Positions 59,013 to 64,000 of a stretch of 64,000 nt of DNA are shown here, piece after piece (position 1 is the first letter of the stretch; each line of letters begins with the position of its first letter). The translations under genes were made by a program, and so were the position numbers. The notes under the pieces are model-generated. The model made no database searches. It was not told the origin of the DNA and saw nothing but the letters and a program-made list of their open reading frames with translations. Location of the stretch: contig OZ245015.1 in the NCBI GenBank assembly GCA_965223705.1, forward strand, positions 736,001-800,000, written 5' to 3'. Origin of the DNA: Myxococcota bacterium (GTDB lineage Bacteria > Myxococcota_A > UBA9160 > UBA6930).

Positions 59013-59449
59013 GCTTGCGCGCGCGCGTAGACGCCATGAAACCGTCTCAGCCGGGCCCGACCCGGACGGCCCCGCCGCGGATGCCGAACAACTTCCCCGG
59101 GCGCGGCAACTACTTGGGTTACGTCGCTTTCGGTATGTGCGGGTTCATCCTGTACGCCGTTTCCTTTCTGATGTTGCGTGTTGTCTGGGCCCTCGGTGAC
59201 GGCGAGCGGTCCTGGAACCTCCTGATGGAGAGCTTCAAGAACCCGATCTACATCTTGTTCCATGTGTTTGCGCTGGTTGCGCTCACGTGGTTCGCCCTGC
59301 GGTTCTTCCGGCTGTTCCCGAAAACGCAGCCGCCGAGTCTCGGGCCGTTTCCGCGACCGCCGGACGCTTTCTTTTCCGTCGCGCTCAACGGCGGCTTCGT
59401 GCTGATCTCAGCGTTGGTGATCGCTGTTCTCTGGGGGGCGGTTCTGTGA
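59009..59449 (+). CDS. frdC: fumarate reductase membrane anchor C
   Basis: 3 TM segments, KNP and F...PK positions as in FrdC; position in operon. Confidence 0.75.
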   Translation: MSLRARVDAMKPSQPGPTRTAPPRMPNNFPGRGNYLGYVAFGMCGFILYAVSFLMLRVVWALGDGERSWNLLMESFKNPIYILFHVFALVALTWFALRFFRLFPKTQPPSLGPFPRPPDAFFSVALNGGFVLISALVIAVLWGAVL

Positions 59450-59805
59450 AATTCCTCATGCTGAAACTCGAGCCGATCATCTGGCAACTCTTCGGCGGGG
59501 GCATGCTGCTCGGCGCTTTCCTGTTCCCGGCGTACCTGTTTGTCGTCGGCTTCGCGGCGCCGACCGGAATCGCTCCCGCGGAGGGTCTGGCTTACGACCG
59601 AATGCTCGGGTTGGCTTCGAGCATCCCCGGTCGCGTCATCATCGCGGCCGCGATCGCCTTGCCGCTCTGGGCGGCAGCCCACCACGTGCGACACATCTTC
59701 ATCGACTTCGGCGCGCTCGCGAAAGACGGCGTGACGGGTCTCGCGTGCTATGGGCTTGCGGCGCTCGGTAGTTTGCTCGCGATCGTCGCTGTGATCCGGC
59801 TCTGA
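59446..59805 (+). CDS. frdD: fumarate reductase membrane anchor D
   Basis: EPIIWQLFGGG, LAYDRML, LPLW...HH..H...D; GTGA overlap with frdC. Confidence 0.85.
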   Translation: MKFLMLKLEPIIWQLFGGGMLLGAFLFPAYLFVVGFAAPTGIAPAEGLAYDRMLGLASSIPGRVIIAAAIALPLWAAAHHVRHIFIDFGALAKDGVTGLACYGLAALGSLLAIVAVIRL

Positions 59806-60086
59806 GCGAAATCGAAGACGCCGAAGCGCGCCGGGCGCGGATCGAAGAGAAGTTGCGCGAGCGCCTCGACGCGACGCACGTCACCGTCGAGGACGAGAGT
59901 CACCTCCACGCCGGGCACGCCGGCGCGCGCTCCGGCGCCGGACACTTCGCGGCAGAAATCGAGTCGTCGCGCTTTCGCGGCCTCTCTCGGGTCGCCGCGC
60001 AGCGCCTCGTTTACGACGCGCTAGCGGACGAGATGCCCCACGCGATCCACGCGCTGCGCATCAAGACGCGAGTCCCCGCGACGTAG
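59802..60086 (+). CDS. bolA: BolA family protein
   Basis: DESHLHAGHAG, HF...I.S..F.GLSRV..QRLVY.AL, IHAL; probable CTG start overlapping frdD stop (first TTG at 59853). Confidence 0.9.
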   Translation: MSEIEDAEARRARIEEKLRERLDATHVTVEDESHLHAGHAGARSGAGHFAAEIESSRFRGLSRVAAQRLVYDALADEMPHAIHALRIKTRVPAT

Positions 60087-60118
60087 TCAGCTGAGGATCT
60101 AGCTGGGTATCGCGAGGA

Positions 60119-60231
60119 CGGGGCAGGTGGGGGTGCCGCGCGCAGTTCCGCAGCGCCGCTGACACGTGCGACGGATCTCTTTAGCCTCGCCGGCGCGAGG
60201 ATGTTTGAGCACGGTACCCCCACCTGCCCCG
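60119..60231. repeat. 113-nt element bounded by 20-bp inverted repeats with internal hairpins
   Basis: CGGGGCAGGTGGGGGTGCCG 60119-60138 / CGGTACCCCCACCTGCCCCG 60212-60231 (19 of 20). Confidence 0.85.
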
Positions 60232-60261
60232 GCCCTGCCTCGATCTGCGCGTAAAGACTCC

Positions 60262-61125
60262 CTAGCGGCTGCGCTCGAGATACGAGTCGTGCCAATCGTC
60301 GAGGGAGACGCTAAAGCCCGCGGCGCTGCGGTGTCCGCCGCCTCCGCGCTCTGTCGCGAGCTCCGCGACGTTGAAGTCGCCTACCGAATAGATCGATATG
60401 TCTACGCGCCGGGCTTCGACGTGATAGACAATTCCGCACGGAACGCCGTGGGCCGCTCGCGTCGCCAGCTCGTGCCCGATCCAGGGGCGGTGGGAGGACG
60501 ACGCGACGGCTTCTACGAGGTGCTCGCCGAGTTGCACCGGGTGCGCACCTTCGACGGCGCGATCGATGGCGAGCCGCTGTGCGCGAACGATGGGTTCCCC
60601 CTCTTGTGCCAGGCGCTCGGGATCCGCATCGGCGAGCCGGTCCCAGGTAGGGAAGCGCATGGGGTAGGAGGCGATTGCCGCATTGACTTCTCGTGAGTGC
60701 GGCAATTTGAAGCGCCACATATCTTGGTCTTCGATGTAGCCGAGGAGCTCCGGCAGGGGGACATCGGGGTTCCAATGGTGCCAAGCGAGAACCGCTCCCG
60801 AGGCGTTCAGGTCGAAATGAACGCGATGGTGCGGGTGCCGCCCGTAGCCCGCGAGACCGGAAGTGCCCTCGATTCGATCCCGCGCGGTGATGTGGTGGTC
60901 GACAATGTGGAGGATTGCCGCTTCGTCCCACAGCGATTCGAGTTCCCGGTTGCTCGGCGCGATGTCGACGAAGGCCACTTCGTCGCCCACGTGAGCCCCC
61001 GCCTCGATTCGCTCGTCGTGGCTGCGCGGGATGTAATGCGCGTCGTCGCCCCAGGCGTTTCGTACCGCCCAGGCTGCGCCAAAGCCGTCGGGACAACCCG
61101 CATGGTAGTAACAGACGCGAACCAT
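60262..61125 (-). CDS. DHH/DHHA1 phosphoesterase
   Basis: YH..CPDG..AA, FVD, VDHH, SGA.LAW, IEDQDMW, GGGGH..AAGF. Confidence 0.88.
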   Translation of the reverse strand: MVRVCYYHAGCPDGFGAAWAVRNAWGDDAHYIPRSHDERIEAGAHVGDEVAFVDIAPSNRELESLWDEAAILHIVDHHITARDRIEGTSGLAGYGRHPHHRVHFDLNASGAVLAWHHWNPDVPLPELLGYIEDQDMWRFKLPHSREVNAAIASYPMRFPTWDRLADADPERLAQEGEPIVRAQRLAIDRAVEGAHPVQLGEHLVEAVASSSHRPWIGHELATRAAHGVPCGIVYHVEARRVDISIYSVGDFNVAELATERGGGGHRSAAGFSVSLDDWHDSYLERSR

Positions 61126-61232
61126 CTCGCGAGCTTAGCGGCTTTTTTCGAGAAGGATCGCCGGGCGCCGACTCATGTTTCGCGCCGGAGGCGCCGTAGA
61201 ATCAGAGCGATGGGAATCGAGGCGAAAGGGTC

Positions 61233-62075
61233 ATGACCGAGACGCTCGAGCTGTTGGCACTCGATGTCGACGGAACCCTCGCGGCACGGGGCAACGATGT
61301 GAGCCCGGCGACGGTGTCGGCGCTGCGGCACTTGGCCGCCACGGGTATGCACATCGCCCTGTGCACGGGCCGTCGCTACCGCAGCGCGCGTCCAATTCTC
61401 AACGCCGTGGATCTACAACTTCACGCCGTCTGCTTAGGCGGTGCACTCGTCAAGAATCCCGAAGGAAACTCCATCGCATCGACGCGGTTTTCCCCACACA
61501 GCTTCGCGAAGCTCGCGGGCTTGATTCGCGAGCAAGGGCAAGCGGTGATCGCACAGTGCGACGACGCGACTTACGATTTTGCGATCGACGGTTCTGTCGC
61601 GTGGAACTCCGAAACCGCCTTGTACCACCGCATCAACGAGGCGCACGCGGAATGGCGAGCCACCCTGTACGCCGAAGAGCGGGACGATGTCCTCGTGGTC
61701 GGGAGTTTCGGCTCACACGCACAGATGAGTGAGCTGCGACAGACGATCTTGGGGGTATTCCCAGACGAGTACACCGTCCACGTCCTCCGCAGTGTGGGGC
61801 CCGACGCCTGGTACTGCGAAGTGCTGCGCCGCGGAATCGACAAGTGGACCGGCCTATCGCAACTGATCGACCATTTCGGACTGAATCCCGAGCAGGTGTG
61901 CGCTGCCGGCGACGAACTGAACGACGTGCCGGTGTTGCGCCAGGTAGGTCTGGGGGTCGCGATGGCCAACGCCCGGGAAGAACTCAAGGAAATCGCTCAT
62001 CGCGTCGTCGGGTCGTGCGACGGCGACGGGTTGGTGCCCCTGCTCGAGGAACTCGCAGCCGGGCGTTCTTCCTAG
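61233..62075 (+). CDS. Cof-type HAD-IIB hydrolase
   Basis: LDVDGTL, CTGR, DKW.G, GDELNDV, MANA. Confidence 0.9.
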   Translation: MTETLELLALDVDGTLAARGNDVSPATVSALRHLAATGMHIALCTGRRYRSARPILNAVDLQLHAVCLGGALVKNPEGNSIASTRFSPHSFAKLAGLIREQGQAVIAQCDDATYDFAIDGSVAWNSETALYHRINEAHAEWRATLYAEERDDVLVVGSFGSHAQMSELRQTILGVFPDEYTVHVLRSVGPDAWYCEVLRRGIDKWTGLSQLIDHFGLNPEQVCAAGDELNDVPVLRQVGLGVAMANAREELKEIAHRVVGSCDGDGLVPLLEELAAGRSS

Positions 62076-62977
62076 GAGCGCCGCCGCTCCTCCAGTTCCT
62101 CGAGGGTCCGGGGCCAGTCCTTTTTCAAAAGACGCGACAGGGCGCGGTCGGCGAGGAGTTTCCCGCCGGTTTGGCACGTCGCACAGTAGTTCGTCTCGCG
62201 ACTCGCGTAGACGATGCGTTGAACGGGATCTCCGCATCGCGGGCACGGCTTTCCGAAACGCCCGTGCACCGCCATGTCTTTTCGGAATGCGGTGACTTTT
62301 TCCGGGAAGCCTCTGCCCACTTCCTCGCGCATGCGGTCGGTGAAGGCGACGAGGGTCGCCGGAATCGCTTCGAAGAGGCGGTCGATCTCGGTGTCCTCGA
62401 GACGCTGACTGAGCTTCACGGGGGAGAGTTCCGCCGCGTGGAGAATCTCGTCGGAGTAAGCGTTGCCGATTCCGGAGAACATCCGCGGATCGGAGAGGCA
62501 CCGCTTCAGCGTGTGGTTCTCCGCAGTGAGCGCGCGCCCGAACGCCTCCCGCGACATCTCGAGGGGCTCGAGGCCGCCGGGGTCGTGGGCGCGCATCTCC
62601 TCCTCCGATCCGGCGACGTAGAGGGAGGCACGCTTCTTCGTGCCCGCCTCCGTCATCGTCAAATACCCCGAAGCGAACTGGAAGCGCGCGTGCTCCGCCC
62701 GAGAGCCGCGACCCGGTTTCGCCCGACCGTCGCGGTAGCGAAGGCGCCCCGCGATCATCAGATGAATCACAAGCCAGCGATCGTTCGAGAAGCCCAGCGC
62801 GATGCGCTTGCCGAGGCGTTCGACGCGCTCGGCTTCGGTCCCTTCGACGGCGGATAACGGTGGGTCGACGCTCCGAAGAAACGACGGCGAAAAGACGCTG
62901 GCCCGGAGGAGGGTCTCGCCGATGACGCGACGGCGGAGCGCCTCCACGTAGACCGTGATGTCCGGAAACTCGGGCAT
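62072..62977 (-). CDS. Fpg/Nei-family DNA glycosylase/AP lyase
   Basis: N-terminal PE, GKR, HLM..G, H2TH SGIGNAYSDEIL, Zn finger CPRC...CATCQ. Confidence 0.9.
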   Translation of the reverse strand: MPEFPDITVYVEALRRRVIGETLLRASVFSPSFLRSVDPPLSAVEGTEAERVERLGKRIALGFSNDRWLVIHLMIAGRLRYRDGRAKPGRGSRAEHARFQFASGYLTMTEAGTKKRASLYVAGSEEEMRAHDPGGLEPLEMSREAFGRALTAENHTLKRCLSDPRMFSGIGNAYSDEILHAAELSPVKLSQRLEDTEIDRLFEAIPATLVAFTDRMREEVGRGFPEKVTAFRKDMAVHGRFGKPCPRCGDPVQRIVYASRETNYCATCQTGGKLLADRALSRLLKKDWPRTLEELEERRRS

Positions 62978-62995
62978 CGTCCTAGCGTCGCATAC

Positions 62996-64000
62996 TCACG
63001 CGGCGCAGACGTAGTCCCGAGTCTCCAGGTAGCCACGAGCATCGAGGTGACGGCGGATCTGCGCTCGTGCGGAAAGCCCCGAGACCGCAGCAATCACCCG
63101 GACTCCGTCGGGCCGCTCCGGGAGTGCGTCGGGGCCGATGACGGGAGCGCCCGCGATCTGCCGGCCGATTCTCCGCGGGTGGACTTCGATGATTCGGGTC
63201 GGCCTCCGGCCGAGGGCGCGCAGCGCTTTCGCCAAGGCGCGCGCCGTCGGGCCATACCCCCACAACGCGTAGTCGTGTCGCTCGCGCAGAATCCCCGAGG
63301 CGAGGAAGTGCGCTTTGCAAGCGGTGAACTGCGCTCCGTTGTAGCGCGGATCGCTCCGCGACAAACCCGCCGGGCCTTGGCGCCACCCGAGGAGACGGCG
63401 CGATACCACGCCGAGCTTCAGGCCGCCGGCGAGGGCGCGCAAAACGAGGTCGTAGTCCTCGGGCCACGGCGTTTCGCGGTAGCCGAGTCGTCGGAGGACT
63501 TCCGTTCGTATCAGCAAGGACGGGTGGGCGATCGGGCATTCGACGAAGGCCTCGGCCCGGACATCGTCCGGGGACGCGATGGCGTTGAGCCACGCCTCGT
63601 AGCGTCGGCGGCCCTCCGTCAGATCCCGGCGGGGGAACATCCGTACGTGGCAACCCAAACCGGAGAGCTCGGGATCGGCCAGGAGCTCCCCCCGCTGCAA
63701 GGCGAGACGGTCGCGATGCATCCAATCGTCCGCGTCCATACGTGCGACGAACGCGCCCCGCGCCCTGGCGACTCCAAAGGCTAGAGCACCGACGATTCCC
63801 GCGGCCGGCCTTTGGAACACCCGAAAGCGCGGGTCGCGCCGGGCGAAGCTCGATGCGATCTCGAAGCTACCGTCGGTCGACCCGTCGTCGATGACCAAGC
63901 ACTCCAAGCGCCGAAGGCTCTGACGCTCGACGCTCCGCAGAGCGGTTTCGAGGGTGCGAGCGCCATCCCTCACCGGTAGGACGACGCTTACGACGTCCGA
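62996..64000 (-). CDS. glycosyltransferase family 2; 5'-truncated by window edge
   Basis: VSVVLPVRD, IDDGSTD, ARMDADD, HPS, EDYDL. Confidence 0.9.
   Translation of the reverse strand, partial: SDVVSVVLPVRDGARTLETALRSVERQSLRRLECLVIDDGSTDGSFEIASSFARRDPRFRVFQRPAAGIVGALAFGVARARGAFVARMDADDWMHRDRLALQRGELLADPELSGLGCHVRMFPRRDLTEGRRRYEAWLNAIASPDDVRAEAFVECPIAHPSLLIRTEVLRRLGYRETPWPEDYDLVLRALAGGLKLGVVSRRLLGWRQGPAGLSRSDPRYNGAQFTACKAHFLASGILRERHDYALWGYGPTARALAKALRALGRRPTRIIEVHPRRIGRQIAGAPVIGPDALPERPDGVRVIAAVSGLSARAQIRRHLDARGYLETRDYVCAA

Noticed and set aside
60119..60231. Hammerhead ribozyme, retron msr-msd or SRP RNA interpretation of the palindromic element
   Set aside because: The minus-strand core reads CUAAAGA/GGAA instead of CUGANGA/GAAA, there is no reverse transcriptase in the window, and the SRP helix-8 motif is absent.
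1..64000. CRISPR array, IS/transposase, prophage or anti-phage defence island
   Set aside because: No regularly spaced repeats and no recombinase, phage or defence-type domains found in any frame.

Overview
High-GC bacterial chromosomal window, densely coding and almost entirely housekeeping. Gene content and order (DUF1844-ispE-tRNA-Gln-prs-rplY, rpsF-rpsR-rplI-dnaB, dusB-ntrB-ntrC, a short conserved XRE regulator) suggest a Myxococcota/deltaproteobacteria-like diderm; this is inference. It holds about 62 CDS and one tRNA-Gln(TTG). Functions covered: MEP isoprenoid genes (ispG, ispE), vitamin B6 (MocR-pdxS-pdxT), peptidoglycan recycling (ldcA-serine hydrolase-mpl), thiamine (thiD, thiE), NtrBC, polyphosphate metabolism (ppk2, ppk1, a His-phosphatase::Ppx fusion), a type II-like egtB, fumarase, ptsP, heme o synthase/SURF1, leuS, an MMPL transporter, aguB/aguA, and an E. 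coli-type frdABCD. I found no integrase, transposase, CRISPR array, reverse transcriptase or recognisable defence system, and no unambiguous new multi-gene system. The best leads are: (1) the histidine-phosphatase::exopolyphosphatase fusion behind ppk1, apparently CTG-initiated; (2) a 113-nt structured palindromic element between bolA and a DHH gene; (3) a duplication-derived 11-codon relay ORF inside a heme-less-type frdABCD operon; (4) an nhaA-pdxR-pdxST block occupying the usual pth position; (5) complementary charged extensions on bS6 and bS18. All family assignments come from motifs read by eye, with no database searches. Several starts were moved from the ORF-track values using RBS and overlap evidence.
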